Assembly: GCA_041690595.1 (NCBI GenBank)
Contig: JAWLHB010000036.1
Location: 62,001-84,156, forward strand
Origin: Lentisphaeria bacterium
GTDB taxonomy: Bacteria; Verrucomicrobiota; Lentisphaeria; JABSQK01; JAWLHB01
Length of the DNA stretch: 22,156 nucleotides
Direction: 5' to 3'
Part shown: positions 1 through 8,447 of the stretch, in pieces
Numbering within the stretch: position 1 is the first letter of the stretch
Layout of the letters: the number at the start of each line of letters is the position of its first letter
Notes under the pieces: generated by a model
What the model was told of the DNA's origin: nothing
Databases searched by the model: none
What the model saw: the letters and a program-made list of their open reading frames with translations, nothing else
Program-made: the position numbers and the translations under genes

Positions 1-207
1 CCGCCGAAAGAGGTCGCGCAGGCAGCGCGTGTCCAGCAGGCTCCCCTTGATCAGCGTCACGCCCGGCAAATTCTCCACAAACTCTCGATGCCCATAAACC
101 AGGTTGTCGAGGATGACCAGGCGATAGCCTTGCGAGGAAAGCAGACGGCAGGCATGCGAGCCGATATAGCCGGCACCGCCCGTTACGAGGATAGTCGAGT
201 TTTCCAT
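1..207 (-). CDS. galE: UDP-glucose 4-epimerase, N-terminal 69 codons (continues off the left edge)
   Basis: Absent from the ORF track; translated by hand from the ATG at 207: MENSTILVTGGAGYIGSHACRLLSSQGYRLVILDNLVYGHREFVENLPGVTLIKGSLLDTRCLRDLFRR. It has the Rossmann motif TGGAGYIGSH and DNLxxGH typical of GalE. Confidence 0.92.
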   Translation of the reverse strand, partial: MENSTILVTGGAGYIGSHACRLLSSQGYRLVILDNLVYGHREFVENLPGVTLIKGSLLDTRCLRDLFRR

Positions 208-479
208 GATGATCCGGGGCAGAGGGGGTTCCAGTGCAGAAGCGTGAATGCGTTCTACTACTATGAAGGATCCACCCCCGGCCGGCGCAAACCATCCCCC
301 GCCGGCAGGCGTCATGACCCGCATTTTCCTGCTCAAAACCCCCTCCGCTACAGCCTCATCTTCCTGTCGCAATTCTTGTCGCCGGTTGTTCCCCGCCGGC
401 GCTCCGGCCCGCCAAAGCGGCTGGCAAATCGCGCCGCAAGCTAGTATTTTACTGGTATCAAGACGGAGAAACAACCATC

Positions 480-1250
480 GTGAAGTTCATCATCGGCACC
501 AGCGGCTACTCCTATCGCGACTGGCTCGGGGCGCTTTATCCCACCCGGACCCAGCCGAAGGAGATGTTTGGCTACTATGTCCAGAGCTTTCCCACCGTCG
601 AGATCAACTACACCTTCTATCGTATGCCGGGCGGCGACACCCTGGCGAAACTCTGCCGCACCAGCCCCGACGGCTTCGACTTCTGGATCAAGGCCTACCG
701 CGGCATCACGCACGACTATGACCCCGCCTTCATCGCCCCCTTTGTCGACGAAATGACCCCGCTTCGTCAGGCCCGGAAGCTGGGCGGTATACTCCTCCAG
801 TTCCCCCAGTCCTTTCACCGCAACCTCCGCGCTCGCAAATTTCTCGACACTGTCATCGGCGCCTTTGCCGGGTTGCCCCTCGCCGTCGAATTCCGCCATC
901 GCTCCTGGCAGCATGCTGCCGTGGACGCCGGTCTCGCCGAGCGAAACGTCAGCCTCGTCGTGCCCGATGTCCCCCCCATCCCCAACCTCTACATCTGCCC
1001 GCCCACGGCCACCACCCGCACCGCCTACCTGCGTCTTCACTCCCGCAATGCCGAAAACTGGTACGAGAGCGGCGCCGATCGCTACGACTACGACTATTCC
1101 GATCGGGAACTGCGCGATCTCGCCCAGCGCTGGAGTGCTCTCGACAGCGAGGTCGACAAGGTCTATGCCTTCTTCAACAACTGCCACAGTGGCAAGGCCG
1201 CCAAAAACGCCCAGGCGTTCCGCCGCATCGTCGACGCCATGAATCTTTGA
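480..1250 (+). CDS. DUF72 family protein (YecE/YunF-like)
   Basis: GTG start with GGAG upstream. Motifs IGTSGYSYxDW, VEINxTFY, LLQFP, AVEFRH, YLRLH, RYDYxYS and FFNN are characteristic of DUF72. Confidence 0.9.
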   Translation: MKFIIGTSGYSYRDWLGALYPTRTQPKEMFGYYVQSFPTVEINYTFYRMPGGDTLAKLCRTSPDGFDFWIKAYRGITHDYDPAFIAPFVDEMTPLRQARKLGGILLQFPQSFHRNLRARKFLDTVIGAFAGLPLAVEFRHRSWQHAAVDAGLAERNVSLVVPDVPPIPNLYICPPTATTRTAYLRLHSRNAENWYESGADRYDYDYSDRELRDLAQRWSALDSEVDKVYAFFNNCHSGKAAKNAQAFRRIVDAMNL

Positions 1251-1285
1251 CCGCCCCCGCCCGAACTCACGATACAGGCAGGGGG

Positions 1286-1313
1286 TTGCAATAGAACGCT
1301 TTTCACCTACCTT
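1286..1313 (+). promoter_or_regulatory. Putative sigma70-type promoter for the receiver-kinase gene
   Basis: TTGCAA-N16-TACCTT in an AT-rich intergenic stretch 40 bp before the ATG at 1353. Confidence 0.35.
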
Positions 1314-1352
1314 TATAAGAGGTTATGGGGGAGAAACCCACACGGGAACATC

Positions 1353-2681
1353 ATGCGCCCAGATCCGCTCGACACCACCATCAAGACTCAGACGGCAAGG
1401 ATTCTCCTCGTGGACGACGACGAGGGCATCCGCCGTATGCTGCGCACCTTCCTGCAGCGACTCGGTTACACCGTCGAGATCGCCGTTGATGGACAGGATG
1501 CCGCCGACTGCATGGCCAGCCAGACCTTCAACCTCGTCATCAGCGACATGATCATGCCCAACCGCTCCGGCCTTCAATTGCTGGCCGAGGTCAAGCGCGA
1601 GGCCCCCTGGCTGCCCGTGATCATCATTACCGGCATGCCTGAAGTCGATGCCGCCGTCGAGTGTATGAAGCACGGCGCCTTTGACTACATCACCAAGCCC
1701 TTCGATTTCGAAAAAATCCGCGAAGTCGTCAAGCGAGCGCTGGCGCAGGTGATGGAGCGCCCCATGGGTGACCGCCTCCAAGCGGTTCAGTCCCGCTTCT
1801 TCGGCCATTATCGCATAGAGCGCGTGCTCGGAGAAGGCAACGTCGGCGTTGTCTTCCTTGCCATCAAGGAAGATGATCCCAGCCGTCGCCTGGTGGCGCT
1901 GAAGGTGCTCAAGCAAGGCTTTGTCACACCCGAGGAGCGCCAGCACGTCATCAGCCGCTTCATGGCCGAGGCCGAAATCACGGCCTCCTTCAATCACCCC
2001 AACATCATCAGCGTCATCGAGTATGACATGATCAGCGAGGAATCGCTGCCCTACATCGTCACCGAATACTTCGAGAGCAAGACCCTCAACGACTACATCA
2101 GCGATCCCACCCTCCTCGACGATCTCCAGAAGACATGGATTCTGCGCCAGGTCGCCGACGCCCTCAGCGTCATTCATGCGCGTCAGGTCTACCACCGGGA
2201 CATCAAACCCCATAACATCCTCGTCAACGATGAGCTGGAAGTGCGCTTGATGGATTTTGGGGTCGCCAAGAACCCGAACGCCAGTATGACCGCGGATAAT
2301 GAGCTGATCGGCTCTCCCGCCTACATTGCCCCAGAAGGATTTGGCGCCGCCAAAGTCGACCATCGCGCCGATCTCTTCTCACTTGGCGTTGTCGCCTATG
2401 AACTCTATCTCGGCGTTCGCCCCTTCAGCGGCGAATCCATCCCCCACTTCGCCCATCTCATCCAGTACGATCGCCCCGTTCAGCCGCGCAAGCTTCGCCC
2501 CGATTTCCCCTACGATCTCCAACTCATCCTCGCACGGTTGCTCAAGAAAGATCCCGATGACCGCTACGACGATGCCAGCCAACTGCTCCAGGATCTCGAC
2601 ACCTTCCTCGAATACGGCAATCAGCATCGACAGGGACTTGTGCAGACCATTACCCAGCGCCTCCGGCCAGACTGGAAGTAA
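1353..2681 (+). CDS. Receiver (REC) domain fused to a Hanks-type Ser/Thr protein kinase
   Basis: REC motifs: ILLVDDD, VISDMIMP (phosphoacceptor Asp), IIITG, DYITKPF. Kinase motifs: LGEGNVGVV, VALK, HPNII, HRDIKPHN, DFG, GSPAYIAPE, DLFSLG. No transmembrane segment seen. Confidence 0.93.
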   Translation: MRPDPLDTTIKTQTARILLVDDDEGIRRMLRTFLQRLGYTVEIAVDGQDAADCMASQTFNLVISDMIMPNRSGLQLLAEVKREAPWLPVIIITGMPEVDAAVECMKHGAFDYITKPFDFEKIREVVKRALAQVMERPMGDRLQAVQSRFFGHYRIERVLGEGNVGVVFLAIKEDDPSRRLVALKVLKQGFVTPEERQHVISRFMAEAEITASFNHPNIISVIEYDMISEESLPYIVTEYFESKTLNDYISDPTLLDDLQKTWILRQVADALSVIHARQVYHRDIKPHNILVNDELEVRLMDFGVAKNPNASMTADNELIGSPAYIAPEGFGAAKVDHRADLFSLGVVAYELYLGVRPFSGESIPHFAHLIQYDRPVQPRKLRPDFPYDLQLILARLLKKDPDDRYDDASQLLQDLDTFLEYGNQHRQGLVQTITQRLRPDWK

Positions 2682-2823
2682 TGAGCTGCTGCCGCGCTCA
2701 AGCACCACTGACGGCCTTTTTTCATGGTGCCCGGCCATTGCGCCCTTTACCTGCCGAATCCCGATGATATCGTGTCACGCCTGACAAAAAAAGCTGCCTA
2801 ACACTTCGCACAGGGTAAACCAG

Positions 2824-4650
2824 ATGATGACAACGACGAAGCTGAGCCACCGGATCACATCCCTCGAACGCTGGGGCATGCGAACCCATGCAGACTTTCA
2901 GCCCGAGGCTGTGCAGCGGGTCGCGGAGGCTGGTTTCACCGGCGTGCTGGTCAACGGTGGTTCGGGAATCGGTCCCGATATGCTGACCCCCGAGTCTCTC
3001 GTCGCCAGTCCTGTCATTCCCGACCTGATGCCCCTGACCGTACGCAGCAATCGGCGCGAAATGGCCCGGCGCTGTGGTCTGCTCAAGGAATCGGGGCTCA
3101 AGCCATGGCTCTGCCTTTGGGGAGTACCCGGGCCGGACGACTCCGCCGGCGCCTATACCGCCGAATCCAATCGCTTCTTCGACCGCCGCGGAAAGCTCGA
3201 AATGGCCGCCAAGCTCGATCGCACCCCCGAGATCTTCGGCCATCGCAATCCCAAGGCTCTCAGCTGGCGCGGCAGCCGCCCCCTGTGCGTCAGCCATCCC
3301 CTCGTGCGAGACTACTACCTCGATCTCTTCCCCCGCCTGCTGGAGACCTATCCCGATCTCGACGGCATCTTCTTCTTTCCCGGTGACAACGAGGCTGAGC
3401 TGTGCGACGATCATTGCCCGCGATGCAGCCAGGCAGGCTTCGACCTCTGGGGCGTGATGATCCGCTACGTCAACCAGATTTATGCCGCCCTCACCGCCGT
3501 GCGTCCCAACTTCAACTTCTACTTCACCGTCTGGAATCAGGATCAGCCCCGCAGTGTCGAGACGATTCGCCGCTTTTTGGCGGAGCTCGCCCCCGGCATC
3601 GGTATCTGCATGTCCATCAGCGACAATGTCGTTCAACCCCGCAAATCCGGGCCGATGGTCTTCAATCAGCCGTGGGTCAACTTTGCCGAGCCGGGAGAGC
3701 GCTTTCTCGAGACCGTCGGCGCGGCCCACGCGCAGCGACGGCCCATCATGGTACTGGGCGAGATCAGTCAGTCGGAGTTGTGGGACCCCGTCTGTCACAA
3801 CATGCCCAACCCGCGCAAAGTCCTCGACCTGCTCCGCAATGCAGACCGCATTCCCGGCGCCAATGCCCTCTGCGACTTCTGGGGGCATCGTGGCCCTTTC
3901 CTCTCCCATGCCAATCACGCCGCCATGCAAGCCTGGGTCGACGCGCCGGATGCCGAGCCACCCCGCCTCCTGCGCCAGGCTGCCATTGCGCACTATGGGC
4001 TTGCCGCTGCACCTGCCGAGTTGGTTCAGGAGGCGCTCGACTGCTGGGGGCGCTTCGACCACGCTGTCGATCACTGGGCGCTTGCCTTATGGACCCAGCG
4101 CTTCAGCTATGCCATCGGGCGGGACGCCGCCCGCGGCCCCCTCTACCGTGCCCTCGTCCCCGCGAACCTTCGCGCCTTCCACCAGTCCTGGTCCATGCGA
4201 CTCATGACGAACAAGTCGATCGACCCGGATCGCTTCCTCGCCTTCCAGGAGGAGGATCGCCTGCTCTTCCTCGCCGTGGCGGAAGCATTCGATGCCCTGG
4301 CCGATCGCTGCCAGAGTGCCACGTTGCCGGCCGCGGCGCTGCTGGCACGCCGCGAAGCCCGCAACATCCAGCTTGCCGGCGAACTCCTGGCAAGCGAAGG
4401 ACGCATGTTTGCCGCTTCCACTGCCTTCACCCGACAGGATGCTGCCCGGCTCCGCGAGCTGATCGAGGCTGAACTCGAGGCGCGCGACCGTCAACTGGAG
4501 ATCTCCGCCCGCATCGGCTGGGGCGCCGGCATCAACCCCATCCTCGTCAGCGAAGACATTCACAACATGCGGCTCTATCTCTCCCGCGACGACTTTCCGG
4601 ATACACCCGACGGCTGCTTCCACTTCACCGCCAGCCCCTACACCGTTTGA
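2824..4650 (+). CDS. Uncharacterised 608-aa protein, probable glycoside-hydrolase-like TIM barrel with helical C-terminus
   Basis: Long ORF with host-like codon usage. The segment LCVSHPLVRDYY...YPDLDGIFFFPGD...LCDDHCPRC resembles a pattern seen in GH-like barrels. The product is tentative. Confidence 0.6.
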   Translation: MMTTTKLSHRITSLERWGMRTHADFQPEAVQRVAEAGFTGVLVNGGSGIGPDMLTPESLVASPVIPDLMPLTVRSNRREMARRCGLLKESGLKPWLCLWGVPGPDDSAGAYTAESNRFFDRRGKLEMAAKLDRTPEIFGHRNPKALSWRGSRPLCVSHPLVRDYYLDLFPRLLETYPDLDGIFFFPGDNEAELCDDHCPRCSQAGFDLWGVMIRYVNQIYAALTAVRPNFNFYFTVWNQDQPRSVETIRRFLAELAPGIGICMSISDNVVQPRKSGPMVFNQPWVNFAEPGERFLETVGAAHAQRRPIMVLGEISQSELWDPVCHNMPNPRKVLDLLRNADRIPGANALCDFWGHRGPFLSHANHAAMQAWVDAPDAEPPRLLRQAAIAHYGLAAAPAELVQEALDCWGRFDHAVDHWALALWTQRFSYAIGRDAARGPLYRALVPANLRAFHQSWSMRLMTNKSIDPDRFLAFQEEDRLLFLAVAEAFDALADRCQSATLPAAALLARREARNIQLAGELLASEGRMFAASTAFTRQDAARLRELIEAELEARDRQLEISARIGWGAGINPILVSEDIHNMRLYLSRDDFPDTPDGCFHFTASPYTV

Positions 4651-4777
4651 GTGCACCCCTACCGCTCTCGTGACGAAGTTGACGATTCGTGGAACTTGTG
4701 AATATCGACTTGATCTTAGCTATGGCTGGCGATACCGCCACCAACCGAACTCAAGCACTTTGGGAGCATGATGTAGT

Positions 4778-5995
4778 ATGTGGACCCGACTGACCTGCCT
4801 TACCCTCGTTCTCGTACTCACGATCACCGTCGCTGGCGCCGCGGACTGGCCCGGTTGGCGCGGACCCGCTCGCGATGGCAAATCTCCCGACAGCGGCCTG
4901 CTCAAGCAATGGCCCGATGGTGGTCCCGGTCAGATCTGGAAAAAGACTGGCTTTGGCGAAGGCTTTGCGACGGTGGCCGTCACCGGCGGCTCCATCTACA
5001 CGACCGGACACGTCAACGAGAAGCTCGTCCTCTTTGCCCTCGACATGGATGGCAATGAGCGCTGGCGCACCGAAGTCGACAATGCCTTCAAGAACAGCTA
5101 CAAGGGATCCCGCGGTACCCCCGTGATCGATGGAGAGCGCATCTTCGTTCTCAGCGGTGGCGGCCTGCTGGCAGCTTTCAACACCGCCGACGGCAAACTC
5201 ATCTGGCAGAAGCGCATGCAGGAACTCGGCGGCAAAACGCCAGGTTGGGGCTATTCTGAGACTCCCCTTGTCCATGGCGACAAGATCATTGCCACCCCCG
5301 GCGGCGAAAACGCCTTTGCTGCACTCGACAAGGCAACCGGCGAGATCGTCTGGCAAAGCACCGGCTTCTCCGCCAAGGCGCACTACAGCTCCCCCATTCT
5401 CGTCGAGCATGCGGGCATCGAGACTATCGTCAACGGCACGGGCAGCGGCATCTTCGGGGTCGATCCCGAGAACGGCAAGCTGATGTGGAGCAACCCCTTC
5501 GGTGACGGCAATACCGCCAACTGCTCCAGCCCAGTCGCCGAGGACGGCATCGTCTTCTGGTCAATCGGCTATGGCAAGGGATGTGTCGGCATCCAGCTGG
5601 TGCCGGAGAACGGCACACTCACGGCCAGGGAGCTCTACCAGAACAAGAACATGGTCAATCACCACGGCGGTTTCATCGTCCTCGACGGCAACATCTACGG
5701 CAACCACAACAATGGCTGGAGCTGCCTCGACATCAAGAGCGGCGAGGTGAAATGGCATGATCGCGGCGTCGGCAAAGGATCTGTCTGTTTTGCCGACGGC
5801 ATGCTCTACACCTTCAGCGAACGCGGCGGCGAGCTTGGCCTCGTCGAAGCCACAACGGAAGGCTATCGCGAGAATGGCCGCTTCAACGTAGAGGGAACCG
5901 GCCCCTCCTGGGCCCACCCCGTGGTCATTAACGGCCGCCTCTATCTCCGTTACGCCGACAACCTCTACTGCTTCGACGTGCGCAAACCCGGATAG
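4778..5995 (+). CDS. Secreted PQQ-binding-like beta-propeller repeat protein (BamB-like, PVC-expanded family)
   Basis: Signal peptide followed by DWPGWRGPxRDG, repeated A(L/F)DxxxGxxxW blades, and the C-terminal WAHPVVxNGRLYLRxxxxLYCFD signature. GGGAG lies upstream. Confidence 0.88.
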   Translation: MWTRLTCLTLVLVLTITVAGAADWPGWRGPARDGKSPDSGLLKQWPDGGPGQIWKKTGFGEGFATVAVTGGSIYTTGHVNEKLVLFALDMDGNERWRTEVDNAFKNSYKGSRGTPVIDGERIFVLSGGGLLAAFNTADGKLIWQKRMQELGGKTPGWGYSETPLVHGDKIIATPGGENAFAALDKATGEIVWQSTGFSAKAHYSSPILVEHAGIETIVNGTGSGIFGVDPENGKLMWSNPFGDGNTANCSSPVAEDGIVFWSIGYGKGCVGIQLVPENGTLTARELYQNKNMVNHHGGFIVLDGNIYGNHNNGWSCLDIKSGEVKWHDRGVGKGSVCFADGMLYTFSERGGELGLVEATTEGYRENGRFNVEGTGPSWAHPVVINGRLYLRYADNLYCFDVRKPG

Positions 5996-6043
5996 CCAGC
6001 ACGGCCCCCATCCTGAGCACGCCGCTCGCCCGCGTGGCCCTCC

Positions 6044-6877
6044 TTGGATACCGCCTCTCTCCCCAACGGTCAGGACGTCTGCTCGCGCCTCCTGGGCACG
6101 CCACTCGCCTGAGTGGCTCCGGCCTTGGATACCGCCTCTCTCCCCAACGGTCAGGACGTCTGCTCGCGCCTCCTGGGCACGCCACTCGCCTGAGTGGCTC
6201 CGGCCTTGGATACCGCCTGCACCTTAAAGGTACGCTCACCCTGGGGACAGGTACTTCCCTCCTGTTCCTTGGATATCGTCTCTCTCCCCAACGATCAGGA
6301 CGTCTGCTCGCGCCTCCTGGGCACGCCACTCGCCTGAGTGGCTCCGGCGTTGGATATCGCCTCTCTCCCCAACGATCAGACGTCTGCTCGCGCCTCCTGG
6401 GCACGCCACTCGCCTGAGTGGCTCCGGCGTTGGATACCGCCTGCACCTTAAAGGTACGCTCACCCTGGGGACAGGTACTTCCCTCCTCCTCCTTGGATAC
6501 CGCCTCTCTCCCCAACGGTCAGGACGTCTGCTCGCGCCTCCTGGGCACGCCACTCGCCTGAGTGGCTCCGGCGTTGGATACCGCCTGCACCTTAAAGGTA
6601 CGCTCACCCTGGGGACAGGCACTTCCCTCCTGCTCCTTGGATACCGCCTTTCTCCCCAACGGTCAGGACGTCTGCTCGCGCCTCCTGGGCACGCCACTCG
6701 CCTGAGTGGCTCCGGCGTTGGATATCGCCTGCACCTTAAAGGCGCTCACCCTGGGGACAGGCACTTCCCGCCTCCTCCTTGGATACCGCCTCTCTCCCCA
6801 ACGGTCAGGACGTCTGCTCGCGCCTCCTGGGCACGCCACTCGCCTGAGTGGCTCCGGCGTTGGATACCGCCTGCACC
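6044..6877. repeat. Composite tandem array of module A (81 bp x7) and module B (63 bp x4 plus a partial), order AAB-AAB-AB-AB-A-b
   Basis: The anchor TTGGATAYCGYCT recurs at 6044, 6125, 6206, 6269, 6350, 6430, 6493, 6574, 6637, 6718, 6779 and 6860 (spacings 81,81,63,81,80,63,81,63,81,61,81). A carries the hairpin GCCACTC-GCCT-GAGTGGC; B carries ACCTT-A-AAGGT. Confidence 0.95.
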
Positions 6878-6933
6878 CGACCACGTCCGACTCGTCCGAA
6901 CCCACCCGACCCCGTCCGACCCCCGTCCGACCC
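6877..6933. repeat. Degenerate short-period (GT)CCGAC repeat tract
   Basis: ccgaccacgtccgactcgtccgaacccacccgaccccgtccgacccccgtccgaccc: about six CCGA(C) cores at 8-10 bp spacing. Confidence 0.75.
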
Positions 6934-6960
6934 AATCATCCACCGCCCGCCAACCAAGAC

Positions 6961-6989
6961 TTGAAGTCGACGGCAACCGGGGCTAGACT
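6961..6989 (+). promoter_or_regulatory. Putative sigma70-type promoter for the sulfatase
   Basis: TTGAAG-N17-TAGACT, followed by an AAGGAG/AAGGA RBS before the ATG at 7017. Confidence 0.55.
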
Positions 6990-7016
6990 ACCGGCATCAG
7001 ACAAGGAGAAGGAACG

Positions 7017-8417
7017 ATGTCGGCCCGCCCCAATTTCCTGCTGTTTGTCACCGAACAGCACCGAGGTGATTGCCTCGGAATCGAAGATCATCCGGTCCTG
7101 TTGACGCCCAACATGGATGCCATTGCCGGAGCGGGCGCTCGCTTCTCCCGCGCTTATTCCACCTGCCCCACCTGCATTGCCGCCAGGCGCTCCCTGCTCT
7201 CGGGACAGTACCCGGCGACGCATGGTATGGTCGGCTATCGTGAGGAGACCCCTTGGGAAATCGAACAGCCCATGCCGCGCGTTTTTGCCGAGGCCGGCTA
7301 CGAGACCTGCTGGGTTGGTCGCAGCATGCACCAGTATCCCCCCGAAAAGCGCTTCGGATTCGAGCACATGATCACCATGGAATCCAGGTGCCAGAGCGAC
7401 TATTCCACCTACCTCCAGCAGCAGCGCCCCGACGACTGGGAGGGCGCCTATGGCACCGGCGTCATGCACAACGACTGGACTGCCCGCCCATGGCACCTGC
7501 CCGAAGATCTGCACCCCACCAACTGGACCGTACACGAAGCCCTGCGCTTTCTCCGTACGCGCGATCAGGCACGCCCCTTCTTTCTCGTCGTCTCCTTCCT
7601 CGCGGCGCACCCGCCCCTACTGCCGCCGGCCTTCTATCTCGAACGCTATCTGCGCACCGGCGTGCCCGACCCGGTCATCGGCGATTGGGCGGTGCCGCCA
7701 CCCAATGGCGGGAAAGGCATGGATGTTTCCGCCAGCTCCGTGGCCCTGACCGGAGAGGCGCTGCTCAGTGCGCGCGCCGGCTACTATGGCCTCCTCAATC
7801 ATCTGGATGACCAACTACGCCGTCTGATTAATCCCGTCAACGGCGTGGACCGCCAGACCGGCAACAACACCATCGTCATGCTCACCAGCGACCACGGGGA
7901 AATGCTGGGCGATCATTACCTCTGGCGAAAGACCCTCCCCTACGAGCCGTCCGCCCGCATTCCCATGCTGCTGCGCGCCCCCGCCCGCTTCGGCATCCGG
8001 CCCAATACAGTCGTCGATCAGCCGGTCGGCCTGGAAGACGTCATGCCCACCCTCCTCGACATGGCCGGCATCCCCATCCCCGATGGCGTGCAGGGGCGCA
8101 GCATCCTTCCACTCGCCCGCGGCGAAAAGCCCCAATGGCGAGACTTCATCCATATCGAGCACGCGCCCGTATATCATTGCCTGACCGACGGACACGAAAA
8201 ATTCGTCTGGTTCGCCGCCGATGGGCGCGAGCAGTTCTTCCGCCTCACCACCGATCCGCACGAAACGCGCAACCTCATGGACCGCCCCGCCGAACAGGCG
8301 CGCATCGCCGGCTGGCGCGATCGCCTCATCGCCTCACTCCACGATCGCCCCGAAGGTTTCTCCGACGGCTCTCGCCTTATCCCCGGTCGACCCTACGCCG
8401 CCACCCTGTCGACATGA
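7017..8417 (+). CDS. Formylglycine-dependent (S1) sulfatase, cytoplasmic
   Basis: RPNFLLFV at the N-terminus, TPNMD, C-I-A-A-R-R-S-L-L-S-G (CxAxR variant), PHP-like AHPP, SDHGEMLGDH, K..PYE.S.RIP and DPHETRNL. No signal peptide. Confidence 0.92.
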   Translation: MSARPNFLLFVTEQHRGDCLGIEDHPVLLTPNMDAIAGAGARFSRAYSTCPTCIAARRSLLSGQYPATHGMVGYREETPWEIEQPMPRVFAEAGYETCWVGRSMHQYPPEKRFGFEHMITMESRCQSDYSTYLQQQRPDDWEGAYGTGVMHNDWTARPWHLPEDLHPTNWTVHEALRFLRTRDQARPFFLVVSFLAAHPPLLPPAFYLERYLRTGVPDPVIGDWAVPPPNGGKGMDVSASSVALTGEALLSARAGYYGLLNHLDDQLRRLINPVNGVDRQTGNNTIVMLTSDHGEMLGDHYLWRKTLPYEPSARIPMLLRAPARFGIRPNTVVDQPVGLEDVMPTLLDMAGIPIPDGVQGRSILPLARGEKPQWRDFIHIEHAPVYHCLTDGHEKFVWFAADGREQFFRLTTDPHETRNLMDRPAEQARIAGWRDRLIASLHDRPEGFSDGSRLIPGRPYAATLST

Positions 8418-8447
8418 AAAGCCACGCCGGATGCCAACCTGCCGTCG

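Noticed and set aside
88..444. 118-aa plus-strand ORF
   Set aside because: It is the antisense shadow of galE plus intergenic DNA.
2773..2792. Intrinsic terminator
   Set aside because: The A-run follows the hairpin on the plus strand, so neither strand gives hairpin-then-U.
6044..6877. CRISPR array
   Set aside because: The constant part is only 13 bp, the intervening sequences are two recurring types rather than unique spacers, and there are no cas genes or AT-rich leader in the window.
5928..7104. ORFs over the array (6034-6417, 5928-6515, 6236-6697, 6663-6935, 6706-7104); both module lengths are multiples of 3
   Set aside because: The 1-bp and 2-bp deletions break the frames, no convincing RBS is present, and both strands stay open as expected for GC-rich repeats. 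Coding function is unlikely but not formally excluded.
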